IMG/VR virus record: IMGVR_UViG_3300028833_000057
Span: 1 to 64,000 of that record
Strand: one strand, 5' to 3'
Length of the DNA: 64,000 bases
DNA from: a virus
Taxonomy: Duplodnaviria > Caudoviricetes
Numbering within the stretch: the first letter of the stretch is position 1; every line of letters begins with the position of its first letter. A program made the translations under genes and the position numbers. The notes beneath the pieces are model-generated. The model worked only from the letters and a program-made list of their open reading frames with translations, was not told the origin of the DNA and ran no database searches. Of the stretch, positions 37,485-48,422 are shown one piece after another.

Positions 37485-40400
37485 ATGGTTAATTTTAGTA
37501 AAGCAAGATTTGAATTCATACCTAGCGTATTGGATTCATCAGAGATCGACTCTCCTTATACTAACAGCAATGTTGAAGGCCATGAAGAGATGTCGAAGTC
37601 TTCGGATAGAATCTATCCAAGACGTGATGAATTATTCCAAGACGAAAATGGTAATCTATATTTATATAAAGTCATTAATGGCATTCACAAGTACGTGAAG
37701 ATTTCTGCTGATGCTACTGTAGGCTCAGATAATGGTGATCGCATAAATAAAGATATATTTATGCCGTTCCAGAAAATTGCTAAAGTAGATACAACCAGTA
37801 GTATTAATTCTGCAGTATTTGATGATGGCATTATAGCGGTTGCTAATGGAAATGCATTAAAGTTTTTCAAGAGCAATCTGAATGGTGATGGCTTAGATGA
37901 AATTGAAGGCGAAATATCTATAGCCAATTACGCTGATTTCTTTGCAAAGAAGTTTGGTACGTTTACATATAATAATGGTAATGTAAATTTCAGAGTCCTT
38001 TTATGCTGCAAGTCTGTAACTGAAGGCTACGAAGTTAAGAATACTGTACAGGCATTCAGACTTGTTAGCGATTTATCCGTAATTCAGACTGCTTATACTT
38101 TAGAACCATACGGAACTGCTGAAACATTTACGGAAAACATTACCAGTGTAGGAAACAATCAGGTAAATATTCTTCGTAATGGTGACAGTACCACAAGCTT
38201 TAGGGCTATAGTTAATAGCTCCATTATTGAAGCCGAGTTAACTGATGATACTATCACGTATACATGTCCTGCTGAATCATTTATTAGCTTTGCAAAGTCT
38301 TCCGGTAATACAAATGCCGTAATGACTTCAATGCCAATGTCCGGTAATATCCGTCTATATACTAAGGATACTGATTCCTATATAGAAGTACCGCCATCTG
38401 GTGGTAATAATTACTATGGCACGACTATTCTTAATGTAAAACGTACAAAGGCTAGACCTAATGCGTTTAGCATGTATCCTATCGTTAAGATTACATCTAC
38501 ATCATGCCACCTATATACCTCTGACTTTGGATCTACTCCAGTTGATAACCTTTTCTCTATGGATTTAGAAGAAGGTGAAGAATTTGTTAGAGTCATTGAT
38601 AACTCTCATTCCATAAACCATGCAAATATGGTTGAAGGTTATGAGAAATTTGTAGCATCATTCATTGTCTTCACTACTAAAGATAATATTTCTTATGCAA
38701 ATCTATACTATTGCATACCTAATGCTCTTGAAGATGACAATGTAACTAGTGCTAACGAGAGATATCAGAATTCTACATACTCCGTAGTAAAGGTCGGTAG
38801 ATACCAATTTAATAAAGGCGAAGAGATTAACGATCTCGAAACATTGTCTTATATCTATATACTAGATAATGGCAATATACTAGAGAACCGTTCTGACTCT
38901 CTAGTAATGTATGCTGCTTCACAGTTTAAGTATTTATCTGCGTCTTTTGCAGATAGCTTGTTTGCCGCAAATCTTCAGGCATTCAAACTTATAAGCAATA
39001 TTGTAGATACTAAGGAACTAAGGGCAACTGACAGCTATACTACACACACAGATATATCTAAGGCAAGTATTAAGGAAGCCAGCGTAACAAATATAAGTGC
39101 TGAATCCGATAATAGTTCTAGATTGTTAGAAAATATCCAATTCGATGTAAATCGCTTTACATCTTTCGGGTATGACCATTACTATATCAACATGGATCTG
39201 GAAGCATATAATCCATTAACGATTTGTGATATAGATACTGATGAAGTATACAATATCACTGTATCATTTGGAGATGATATATCAATATTTGATATTAGGA
39301 ATACACCAGATTATGGTAAGTTTATTGTAAACGTTGATAAACATGGTATAATATTTGGTAACTTCTATTGCTATTTAAATAATGTCTTAAAGACCTTTGG
39401 TTACCGTTCTACAATGAGCCTTGAAGAGCTTATTGAAAGAAAGAAGAAAGATTCTATTAATACAAAATGTGAATTTATCCTAACTGAAGAAGATGTATCT
39501 CCGTATATTGGATCCGATACCGTTAGAAACTTATTTGATTCTTTAAAGATAGTTACCCGTACGGATAATTCCATTATACATATCTATAATACGATAGATG
39601 GTAGGATCATCCTTAAGGAAACCGCAGCTGTTTATAATGCAGATGATTTTAATAAACATACCGTAGATATTTATAATACTAGCTTGCTAAATAGAGAAGT
39701 AAGTATTAATGCTTACTTTGAAGTGATAGCTAATGCTGGTAATCTCAATGTAATAACGAAGAGCTATACAGATGGCTTAGTGTATAATAAGTATATATTT
39801 ATACCAATGGTAAATGTTACTGATAAGCTTGTAATTGTTAGGCTCTTAAGACCATGTATTACTAGAAGCACTGGCTATTATCCTGAATCATATGGTTTAG
39901 CATCATATATATCGAATAATGAAATCGTTTATTATAATAATAGATACACGATGCTAGAACCAATGCTATCGTCACATGATGATTTCTATGACCTTCCGCT
40001 AGTAGCTACATCATCTAAAACTGTGATGTACATTGACTCTAACAAGAAAGTATGGAACGTCAATTTCAATTACAGAATGAATGAAGATAACATTGGCATA
40101 TCTTTCAAGGAATCTGCAAATGTAATCTGCGATAATAATATCTTGCCATATACTAGCGGTGCATATCGTTTTATTGATAAGTACAACAAGATGTACTTAT
40201 ATACTGAATATCGTGGAGAATACAAAGTAGTAGAAATTACCCACGAAGGCGATATAAATAGTGTAATACTGGTACGCACAGGATTATACGACCCAGGTCG
40301 TGGTAATAACGATTGCCTATTCATAGGCAATAATATCCTGACAAACGTATACAGAAATGATACAGGTACAACGGGTTATATAAAGGTAAAAAATACATTA

Positions 40401-43400
40401 CTCAATGTCTCTGCAGACAGCTTAAGTGCATCGGATGCTAATATTGGAAATGCTAATATTGGTAGCCTTAATGCTGTACACGGTAATTTTACTCAGCTAG
40501 ATATTAATGGTTTAGCTATGAGAAGCATTCCTGGTGCAGTTGTTGATACTGGTTTATCCGCTGCAGAAAAGATGAACTTTATAAAAGAAGCTAATGCATC
40601 TATTATTAGTAATTCTATAATTAGTGGAAACAGGACTACTGCTAAATATAGGGATCTTACTGACGATTATTCTAATGCAAGCTTATTGAATATTGAAATT
40701 ACTTCTAGACCTGGATATGCACATGGACTAGTCCATTATACTAAGGATAATAGTAGAGTTTATTCACTGCTAGGAACAGCATACTACGAAAATAATTCAG
40801 AAATAACAGTTGTATTAATGTTTGATACTCCTGAAAGGGCTGCTGACCAATCTATATACGACACTACAGGCGAGCTATTAAATAATGTATTTGTCATTAA
40901 GGGTTTAAAGAGATACAGTCAATATAGCGGAGTGATAACTGATGAAGCGACTCATTTCTCTCGACTTAGTGAAGACCAGTATGTACATGGTGGTACACCT
41001 TATTTATTAACTAATCCTGGGTGGATGTCTACCGGTAATATAGCATATGATAAGCGTAATGTAACAACCGGGCCTATGGAATTTACTTTTAATAAAGGTG
41101 ATAAAGAATTTAAATTCAAAATTAATCTTGGGTGTTTTGTTGATGCTGCAAATACAATGAATACTTATGTCTACTTCAACAATATCACATTTGTTAATGA
41201 AGATATTAATGAAGAATATGAATTATTCAAAGCAGAGACAGCACCTGCATTTAAGATTCCATCTTCTCAAGATTCTTGGACATTATGTAATGCTTCAGGT
41301 ACATTAGCATTAAATAAAATGGCAGAGTTCGTACCTGCAAGAAAGGAATATGAACTAAAAGCTGATCCTAATGATGTAAGAGTAAATGTTCTTAATGGAA
41401 TGAAAGTAGTATATTTCCCTGCTCTAGTCCATGGGAAAACTAATACTCTTAGTGCCATTAATAACGTATTAGTTTATGGTATGGATAAAACTGATAAAGG
41501 TCAGTATGACTGGAAAGTTATAAATCTTCAAGAAGTACCATCGAATAAGGAAAATCTTCTTACATCATATTATGAAAATGGTAATCCTATTTTAGCAGAT
41601 ATAGATATAGATTATACACCGTTTATTATAGATGAAGTAGATACAAGTTCTGAAATTACTACTGAGGATAGTAATTATAGATATAGAACTATACAGCAAA
41701 GAAAATATCTAGCTATAGGATGTGCTGAGCCTATTAATACTGAAAAAGATGATATGTTATCTTCTGGAATAGATGATAAATATACCAAAGATATCGGTAT
41801 ATATCATGGTTACGGTAACTTTACGAATAGACTTGCATACACCTATGCGTCCTTCGTAAAAGCTCCAAATCTAAGTAGCTTCATGAACTTTAGCAAGATA
41901 TACGTTACATGGATAGGAACTAAAACCGTAATTAAAACTGGAAAAAGTTCTGGTGTAGTTGTTTCTACTGTAACCACACAAGAATTACCTAAAGGATCAA
42001 GATTAGTGGTGCCTGATGGTAAGCTAATAAATCGAAACGATGATGATAAAAAGCGGTTTGTTAGTGCAAAATTCTTAGCTCCTAAGACGAATGAAATAGA
42101 AATACAGGGTATATTCGTTAAAAATAATCTTATGTACTCAGATATCCTTACTAGTTTCAGTAAGACTGAGTATGATAGCATCATAAGTACGTACATTGAA
42201 CCTACATACTTCATAGACCTGACTACTGATAATAAAACCTTTACACCTGTATGCTGTACTGATAATGATTGGAAGAATAGTAGTCCACGCGTAGGTTCTA
42301 TAGACTTAGATCCATACCTTAGTCTGTTTTATTCTCCATTATTTGAAAGAAAATATCCAGAAAATTCAAAAAGATCTATAGTTATCGCATTATTAATAAA
42401 TACTAGATTTGGTACTGACACAACTATCTCTAGTATAATTATGGATCTAACTAGTGGATATGGATATCTAAAAGATTCAATTAATTCTAATTATGCGGTA
42501 TTAAATAAGCAGTATACTGTAACGGTAAATGGATCAAAGATAGGCATTCAAGATGTATATCCTAAGCAGTTAAGTAGTGAATATATCACAAACTATACGA
42601 TTACATCATCATATGATGCTTATGCTATATTATTCCCCATAAACATTACTTGGAAGATCTATACTGCTATGGCAATGGTTCATGGGTGCGTATTTAATCT
42701 GCAATCTAAATATCTTAGTATACCAGTAACTGAATCATCTAAGAGTGCTGATAGTAATAAGAACTGGCTAACATACTATGAGGCATCATATCGTACGAGT
42801 TCGATGTTCCCACAAGGTTCTGAAATCCTTAAAGGATGCATGGAGAAGTATTCATTTAGTAGTACGACAGATACACGTGATAGACCGGTAGATTCAGTAT
42901 CTATATCAGATGTAGATAAATTTAAATATAAGCCAATACAATATCCTACAAAAACTGGCAGTTATATTATATATGTCAATGGTAGCTATACTGACCCACC
43001 ATGTATGCATATAGCTTCAAGCTCTGGAACTATGAATGAAAATTCTAATGCAGGTATACCTGTTTCATCCATTTATAATGAAACACAGAACTTTGCAGAG
43101 CTATCATATATGAATATGAGCAAGGCTACAGATACAAGTGTTATACTAGCAACTGCATCTGCTATATATATGTGGAATATAGGAGAGCTGTATAGCTATA
43201 CTAAAGGCTTTGTAGGTGACATTTCCGAATATAATATCCTTGGAAATAACCGCATAGATACATATATTTATCATGGCAACAAGTCTAATATGCTTTATAA
43301 TTATGGAAATGATATTGGAGAAGTTAAAGATTCCATAGTTGTCATTGACAAAAGAAATGATGTAAAGAATAACCCTTCGGGGTATATCGGTCAGAATCTT

Positions 43401-43451
43401 TACCTTAATGGTCGAAAAGTAGTTACCGTTGATAATATATTGACGGATTAA
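37485..43451 (+). CDS. Very large beta-rich virion protein (tail spike/baseplate appendage-like)
   Basis: 1988 aa; beta-rich domains separated by beta-helix-like stretches (ANIGNANIGSLNA); C-terminal LYLNGRKV. Confidence 0.55.
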   Translation: MVNFSKARFEFIPSVLDSSEIDSPYTNSNVEGHEEMSKSSDRIYPRRDELFQDENGNLYLYKVINGIHKYVKISADATVGSDNGDRINKDIFMPFQKIAKVDTTSSINSAVFDDGIIAVANGNALKFFKSNLNGDGLDEIEGEISIANYADFFAKKFGTFTYNNGNVNFRVLLCCKSVTEGYEVKNTVQAFRLVSDLSVIQTAYTLEPYGTAETFTENITSVGNNQVNILRNGDSTTSFRAIVNSSIIEAELTDDTITYTCPAESFISFAKSSGNTNAVMTSMPMSGNIRLYTKDTDSYIEVPPSGGNNYYGTTILNVKRTKARPNAFSMYPIVKITSTSCHLYTSDFGSTPVDNLFSMDLEEGEEFVRVIDNSHSINHANMVEGYEKFVASFIVFTTKDNISYANLYYCIPNALEDDNVTSANERYQNSTYSVVKVGRYQFNKGEEINDLETLSYIYILDNGNILENRSDSLVMYAASQFKYLSASFADSLFAANLQAFKLISNIVDTKELRATDSYTTHTDISKASIKEASVTNISAESDNSSRLLENIQFDVNRFTSFGYDHYYINMDLEAYNPLTICDIDTDEVYNITVSFGDDISIFDIRNTPDYGKFIVNVDKHGIIFGNFYCYLNNVLKTFGYRSTMSLEELIERKKKDSINTKCEFILTEEDVSPYIGSDTVRNLFDSLKIVTRTDNSIIHIYNTIDGRIILKETAAVYNADDFNKHTVDIYNTSLLNREVSINAYFEVIANAGNLNVITKSYTDGLVYNKYIFIPMVNVTDKLVIVRLLRPCITRSTGYYPESYGLASYISNNEIVYYNNRYTMLEPMLSSHDDFYDLPLVATSSKTVMYIDSNKKVWNVNFNYRMNEDNIGISFKESANVICDNNILPYTSGAYRFIDKYNKMYLYTEYRGEYKVVEITHEGDINSVILVRTGLYDPGRGNNDCLFIGNNILTNVYRNDTGTTGYIKVKNTLLNVSADSLSASDANIGNANIGSLNAVHGNFTQLDINGLAMRSIPGAVVDTGLSAAEKMNFIKEANASIISNSIISGNRTTAKYRDLTDDYSNASLLNIEITSRPGYAHGLVHYTKDNSRVYSLLGTAYYENNSEITVVLMFDTPERAADQSIYDTTGELLNNVFVIKGLKRYSQYSGVITDEATHFSRLSEDQYVHGGTPYLLTNPGWMSTGNIAYDKRNVTTGPMEFTFNKGDKEFKFKINLGCFVDAANTMNTYVYFNNITFVNEDINEEYELFKAETAPAFKIPSSQDSWTLCNASGTLALNKMAEFVPARKEYELKADPNDVRVNVLNGMKVVYFPALVHGKTNTLSAINNVLVYGMDKTDKGQYDWKVINLQEVPSNKENLLTSYYENGNPILADIDIDYTPFIIDEVDTSSEITTEDSNYRYRTIQQRKYLAIGCAEPINTEKDDMLSSGIDDKYTKDIGIYHGYGNFTNRLAYTYASFVKAPNLSSFMNFSKIYVTWIGTKTVIKTGKSSGVVVSTVTTQELPKGSRLVVPDGKLINRNDDDKKRFVSAKFLAPKTNEIEIQGIFVKNNLMYSDILTSFSKTEYDSIISTYIEPTYFIDLTTDNKTFTPVCCTDNDWKNSSPRVGSIDLDPYLSLFYSPLFERKYPENSKRSIVIALLINTRFGTDTTISSIIMDLTSGYGYLKDSINSNYAVLNKQYTVTVNGSKIGIQDVYPKQLSSEYITNYTITSSYDAYAILFPINITWKIYTAMAMVHGCVFNLQSKYLSIPVTESSKSADSNKNWLTYYEASYRTSSMFPQGSEILKGCMEKYSFSSTTDTRDRPVDSVSISDVDKFKYKPIQYPTKTGSYIIYVNGSYTDPPCMHIASSSGTMNENSNAGIPVSSIYNETQNFAELSYMNMSKATDTSVILATASAIYMWNIGELYSYTKGFVGDISEYNILGNNRIDTYIYHGNKSNMLYNYGNDIGEVKDSIVVIDKRNDVKNNPSGYIGQNLYLNGRKVVTVDNILTD

Positions 43452-43455
43452 AATT

Positions 43456-43488
43456 AATACAACTTACCCTAACAAGGTAAGTTGTATT
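43456..43488 (+). terminator. Intrinsic terminator
   Basis: aatacaacttacc/ggtaagttgtatt plus T tract. Confidence 0.8.
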
Positions 43489-43501
43489 TTTATCATAGTA
43501 A

Positions 43502-43513
43502 AACAAACCATTG
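43502..43513 (+). promoter_or_regulatory. Late promoter motif
   Basis: AACAAACCATTG followed by TATAAA. Confidence 0.65.
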
Positions 43514-43539
43514 TATAAAATTCTTACAAAGGCAAGTAT

Positions 43540-46500
43540 ATGAGAGCACAATTTTCTATGTTAAAGCCTTACAAGCTTTACAGAAACCTTACTATCATCT
43601 TCGATACTAAGATGAAGATGCTTGAGAATTCAATTCTCAATGTAAGTATGTCTAAGGCTTCGACCATAGATGTAATGAAGTCACCCTTATTCCAACAGAA
43701 TTATATTCGTGGCTTTTATATTTCTAAGTTTTTGGATAAGACCCTTTACAGAAAACTTATAGAGACTAACCGTATGGATGTCTATAAGGAGATTAAAGGA
43801 TCTACATGTGTTACTATCTGTCCATTAAATGCTACTATCTTAAAGAATAAAAATACATATTATCCTATTTGGAATGAACTTGAGAATATCTTTAATATTC
43901 CGGGTGCTCATAATAAGATTCGTAATACAGAGAATTTTATTAAGACTGTAAAAATCGTTCAAGGTAATATGCCTAAAGGACTATATAAGCAAAATTATGT
44001 AGTCATAAATTCTGAAATATTTGGTAGCGAATTTGGTGATACTGAAACATCATGGCTTAAGGGTCTAACTGTTGGTTCGATGCTTTATCTTCATATCCGT
44101 GATGTATTAATGAAAAAGGCATATAATAACTGGATATTTGCTGGAAAGCGTGTTATTATTTATGATACTTTAAATAGAACTGCATTTGCTATACCTGAAA
44201 ATATTGAGAAGCTCTCTCTTGGTAAGTTTAAGTGGATGATGAAGATCATGCACAAGTTCGCTACTGGTCAAACTGTTACCGAAGAGGATCTTGCTGAAGA
44301 GGAAATTGTAGCTAAACCTAATGCTGGCGAAAAGGCAGCATATATTGCTATAGATGATAAAGCTGAAATCTCTCTAAAGGGTATCTTAGTTTGTAAGAAT
44401 CCAGCAAGTGCTCTTGATGCTTTTATTCAGGCAAATTATCCTGATGCAGATTATCTTATCGAAGATAATATTGTAACTATTGAAGAATCAGATAACAATA
44501 AAGAGATTGTAAAACAGCTGTTTAATGGCGGGTTTAATCTTTATAAATCTGAAGATAATCTTTTAGATGAAAGAATCTTTAAGCCAGTTGGAAAGAAATT
44601 TAAGATAGCCAAGGATGAGAAATTTACGCATGTTGGTCCAATTCTTGTAAAGAAAAATGGAGCTACAGTCTTTGGTCTTACTTTTAAATTTATAAAATCC
44701 AGTGAAAAGGCTGAAATTAAAGCAGCAAAGGCTGAGGCTATTGAAAAAGTAGCTGGTATGAAGAATGGCATTCCTGTTTCTGCTGAAGAAAAGGAAATGA
44801 TGTTTTCTATAGATGACCGTATAGATGAGATCTTTGCCGAGACAGCTGATATTGAAGAAGCTGCTAATAAAGTAAAAGAAGATCCTGTTGTTAATAAGCT
44901 TCAGAATAATCTTACTGAAAGTCGTTTGAAGGCTGTTCAGAATAAGAGAGCCGCAGAAGTTATTGAAAAACTTAATGAAAAGCAGGATGAAGCAATTATT
45001 AACATTAATGGTACTAATGTAAAACTTGCTGAGAAGATTGCAGCCTTAGAAAAGCAACAACTTGAACCAGTAGAGTTTAAGTCAGATCTGCTTAATAAGG
45101 AATTAAATCATAGTACCGTTAAGTCCATGAGATCTTCTTATCTTAAAGATCTTTATGAGTTGGATCAGTACCGTATCTTTACACAGTTTAAGAATTCCAA
45201 AGATATTCCTATCTTTGTTGAGTCTATATCAAGGACTGATTCAAGTACGCCATTGACTCAAAAAGAAACGCTTACGATTAATTTTAATATTGCTAATGAA
45301 AAGCCGAGGTCAATGTCTATTGACATACCTAAGATTGATGCAGATGGCTTTATGTATATTGCAGGTAACAGAAAGCAATTTACTAACCAGATTACAATGA
45401 TGCCTATTACTAAGATCATGCAGTCTGGTGAACTTGTCGTTCAATATTGCACGTCTTACAATAAAATATACATTAGCCGTAGCAATGGTAACTTTAACCG
45501 TAAACTTGCTAGTTTCTTTAAAGCAGTAAATATTCTTGATAAGAATAATGATCTTGCTAATAAGACACATAATATTCTAATTGGTTCTAGTATTTCTACT
45601 AATGCTGGCAAAACTATCAGCTTGGAATACTGGGAAATGTCTAAGAAGATTGTTAATGTAAAGATTAAGAATCTTATACTAGAATTATCTCAGCCAAGTG
45701 TTGAGAAGCTACTGGATAAGCATAGCATAGATCTTGCAGAATATAAAGAAGAGCTTCCTGCAGAAAAGTACTTCCCAATAGGTATAATTTCCAACTGCAA
45801 AGACTTCTTACCAGAGGAATATAATGGTAAAGATGTACCTTTATTCTCTAATTTGATCGGAGAAATTGTAGTATATCTGCCAGACACAGAAACCCCTGTA
45901 ACTGTTGCTAAGTCTTTAGTGGATCTTATAATTAATTATGCAGAACTGCATGATCCTGAATTATTTAACACTCTAAAGACAAGTATATATTCTGGTAATT
46001 CCTTTACTTATACACGTCTAGAAGTAGCTAATTCTTATATTCCATTACTTGTATTCCTTGGATATAAAGATGGCTTAGAGTCTTTATTCAGTACCTATAA
46101 TATTGACTATAAGTTTGTTGGTAATGAATCTTCTAAGACAATGGATATTCCTCTTGAATATAATGAAAAGATTAAATTCTTAGATGGAACCCTTTGGTAT
46201 AAGTCTGGTGAAATTAAGAAAGATTTACTCTTTAATGGTATTTATCAGCTTCCAACTGAAGACTATAATTTTGCAGACTTTGGTCCAGATGGCGAAGGTT
46301 ATACACAATACTTTATTGATGATATTACACCGAGATATGGAAAGGCTTTATCTAACTTCTATACACTTTTTATAGATCCAATTACATCAGATATTTTAAA
46401 GGATAATGATATTCCTAATGATATTACGGGATCTTTCTTATACTGTAATGATCTTCTCGAAGATAGTAATTATCTTCCAAGATTTGATATGAATCTTTAC

Positions 46501-48144
46501 AGATTAAGAAACATTGAATGCCTAAATGCAATGCTATATAAATTAGTGGCAAAGCAGATTGAAAAGTATCGTAGAGGTTCTAGAGGCGATACCGCAGGTT
46601 TACTTGCTGTTAGAAGTGATGCACTGATTCTTGAATTGAATAATTCTCCAATTATTGAAGATGCTACACTTCTTGACCCTATTAAGGAAAGTGAAAACCT
46701 GTCTAAAGCAGTATTTAAAGGCCCAGGTGCTCCTGCATATCAGCATGCACAAGGTACTCAGGAACTTAGATTTTTCGATAAATCTCAGCTTGGTATCTTA
46801 GGTGTCGGTAGCTCTTTTGATGGTAACTCAGGCATGAATAGGCGTATAGCCCTAAATTCATTGATTACCAGTAAGAGAGGATATGTAAAGTCTGGTGTAC
46901 CTTCAGACCAGTTAGATGCAACAAATCTATACTCTATGGGTGAACTTACTGCTACATTCTCTACAAGGCATTCAGACCCACCTCGTCTAATGATGACTAT
47001 CGGTCAATCTGGACACCAGATTCCTACTAGGAATATGCAAACTGCATTAATTTCTTCTGGTGCATATAAGACTATATCTCATTTTATTAGTAATGAATTT
47101 GTATTCAAGGCTCCTGAAGATGGTGTAGTTGAAGGAGTTGATAAGAAGCTTAATGTCCTTAGACTTAAGTATGCTGATGGTACTAAGGGTATTATTGAAC
47201 TTGGAGTTATTCATAGAAGATCTCCTGATGGATTCTTTATTGATATTCATAAGACTACTAATCTTAAAGCAGGTGATAAATTCAAAGCAGGTGATATTCT
47301 AGCTGCTGACCAGCACTTCTTTAACTTCAATGGTAACAATACTGAAATGAAAGAAGGCACTCTGTGTAAGGTCGCAGTGATGTCTAGAGACTGTGATATT
47401 GAAGATGGGGCATCTGTGACTCAAAAGTTTGCAGATAAGCTGTTCTCTACTATTGTTATGCAGTCGCAATTAATGCTATCTAAGACATCTAACTTGCTTA
47501 AGATCGTAAAAATTGGTGATAATGTAAAGACCTCAGATCCGCTTGCAGTATTTGAAGAACATCTAGAAGATAAATCTATTACTGAAGCTCTAGATAAGCT
47601 TGGCTCTCTCACTGAAGCTATGGCTGCAAATGCTGCTAATATGAAGACAGCTAAATATACTGGTAAGATTGTTGACATCGAAGTATTCTACAATTATGAG
47701 ATTGAAGAATATTCTGAAAGTCTTCAGAAACTTATCAAAGCATATATAGCTACATATACAGAAAGAGGTAAGAACCTTTCAGCAGGTATCAACCCCGGTC
47801 AATTTGTTGAAGCTCGTGAGCTTGATAGAATTAAGACTGGAAGAGCTAAAGGTGTTCCGTTTGACGGTGTATTGATTAACTTCTATACTGAAATGGAAGA
47901 ACCATTTGCTCTTGGTAATAAATGTACTGCTGACGTGGCTCTTAAGAGTGTCCTTTCAGATATTGTTCCTACTGGAAAAGAACCATTATCTGAATATAGA
48001 CAGGACAGGCCTATTGATATGATTATGTCTCCGCTTGGAGTCTTGAATAGAAAAGTTCCTGATTACTTCTATCGTGGATATACTCAGAAAGTACTAATGG
48101 AACTAAAATTCCAGATAGATGAAATTATTAATGATAAGCGATAA
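43540..48144 (+). CDS. rpoB: RNA polymerase beta-like subunit, long N-terminal/central part (probably virion RNAP)
   Basis: IDIPK...GFMYIAGN, HSDPPRLMM..GQ..HQIP, DIEDG, GNK......K.V.S, DMIMSPLGVLNRK; ends before the C-terminal region encoded at 9357. Confidence 0.88.
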   Translation: MRAQFSMLKPYKLYRNLTIIFDTKMKMLENSILNVSMSKASTIDVMKSPLFQQNYIRGFYISKFLDKTLYRKLIETNRMDVYKEIKGSTCVTICPLNATILKNKNTYYPIWNELENIFNIPGAHNKIRNTENFIKTVKIVQGNMPKGLYKQNYVVINSEIFGSEFGDTETSWLKGLTVGSMLYLHIRDVLMKKAYNNWIFAGKRVIIYDTLNRTAFAIPENIEKLSLGKFKWMMKIMHKFATGQTVTEEDLAEEEIVAKPNAGEKAAYIAIDDKAEISLKGILVCKNPASALDAFIQANYPDADYLIEDNIVTIEESDNNKEIVKQLFNGGFNLYKSEDNLLDERIFKPVGKKFKIAKDEKFTHVGPILVKKNGATVFGLTFKFIKSSEKAEIKAAKAEAIEKVAGMKNGIPVSAEEKEMMFSIDDRIDEIFAETADIEEAANKVKEDPVVNKLQNNLTESRLKAVQNKRAAEVIEKLNEKQDEAIININGTNVKLAEKIAALEKQQLEPVEFKSDLLNKELNHSTVKSMRSSYLKDLYELDQYRIFTQFKNSKDIPIFVESISRTDSSTPLTQKETLTINFNIANEKPRSMSIDIPKIDADGFMYIAGNRKQFTNQITMMPITKIMQSGELVVQYCTSYNKIYISRSNGNFNRKLASFFKAVNILDKNNDLANKTHNILIGSSISTNAGKTISLEYWEMSKKIVNVKIKNLILELSQPSVEKLLDKHSIDLAEYKEELPAEKYFPIGIISNCKDFLPEEYNGKDVPLFSNLIGEIVVYLPDTETPVTVAKSLVDLIINYAELHDPELFNTLKTSIYSGNSFTYTRLEVANSYIPLLVFLGYKDGLESLFSTYNIDYKFVGNESSKTMDIPLEYNEKIKFLDGTLWYKSGEIKKDLLFNGIYQLPTEDYNFADFGPDGEGYTQYFIDDITPRYGKALSNFYTLFIDPITSDILKDNDIPNDITGSFLYCNDLLEDSNYLPRFDMNLYRLRNIECLNAMLYKLVAKQIEKYRRGSRGDTAGLLAVRSDALILELNNSPIIEDATLLDPIKESENLSKAVFKGPGAPAYQHAQGTQELRFFDKSQLGILGVGSSFDGNSGMNRRIALNSLITSKRGYVKSGVPSDQLDATNLYSMGELTATFSTRHSDPPRLMMTIGQSGHQIPTRNMQTALISSGAYKTISHFISNEFVFKAPEDGVVEGVDKKLNVLRLKYADGTKGIIELGVIHRRSPDGFFIDIHKTTNLKAGDKFKAGDILAADQHFFNFNGNNTEMKEGTLCKVAVMSRDCDIEDGASVTQKFADKLFSTIVMQSQLMLSKTSNLLKIVKIGDNVKTSDPLAVFEEHLEDKSITEALDKLGSLTEAMAANAANMKTAKYTGKIVDIEVFYNYEIEEYSESLQKLIKAYIATYTERGKNLSAGINPGQFVEARELDRIKTGRAKGVPFDGVLINFYTEMEEPFALGNKCTADVALKSVLSDIVPTGKEPLSEYRQDRPIDMIMSPLGVLNRKVPDYFYRGYTQKVLMELKFQIDEIINDKR

Positions 48145-48147
48145 TTT

Positions 48148-48180
48148 ATAAATCCATAGGGTTATTCCCTATGGATTTAT
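48148..48180 (+). terminator. Intrinsic terminator
   Basis: Perfect 14-bp stem ataaatccataggg/ccctatggatttat. Confidence 0.8.
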
Positions 48181-48185
48181 TTTTA

Positions 48186-48193
48186 TATATTAA
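48186..48193 (+). promoter_or_regulatory. Putative early promoter TATATTAA
   Basis: Exact motif upstream of 48219. Confidence 0.55.
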
Positions 48194-48218
48194 AATGAGC
48201 ATAATCATACGAGGATAT

Positions 48219-48422
48219 ATGGCAAATATTAGATCAGATAGAGAACTCAAAGAAATGGTCTCTGCTCGTGAAGGAGACTTTAAGAAAATTATTAATAATA
48301 AGATTAAGGCAGGTACAGCAAATCTCTCACCTTCAACTGCCATGAATATTTTGAATACAAAGCTCTCAATGGACTTTTTCGAAGAAATGAATACGGAGGT
48401 GTCTCGTGACAGCGTCCAATAA
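48219..48422 (+). CDS. Hypothetical protein
   Basis: Start moved to MANIRS with GAGGA RBS. Confidence 0.65.
   Translation: MANIRSDRELKEMVSAREGDFKKIINNKIKAGTANLSPSTAMNILNTKLSMDFFEEMNTEVSRDSVQ

Noticed and set aside
5679-48144. Bacterial chromosomal rpoBC locus
   Set aside because: Subunits are split, scattered, highly divergent and surrounded by virion genes; the rpoB/rpoC symbols denote homology only
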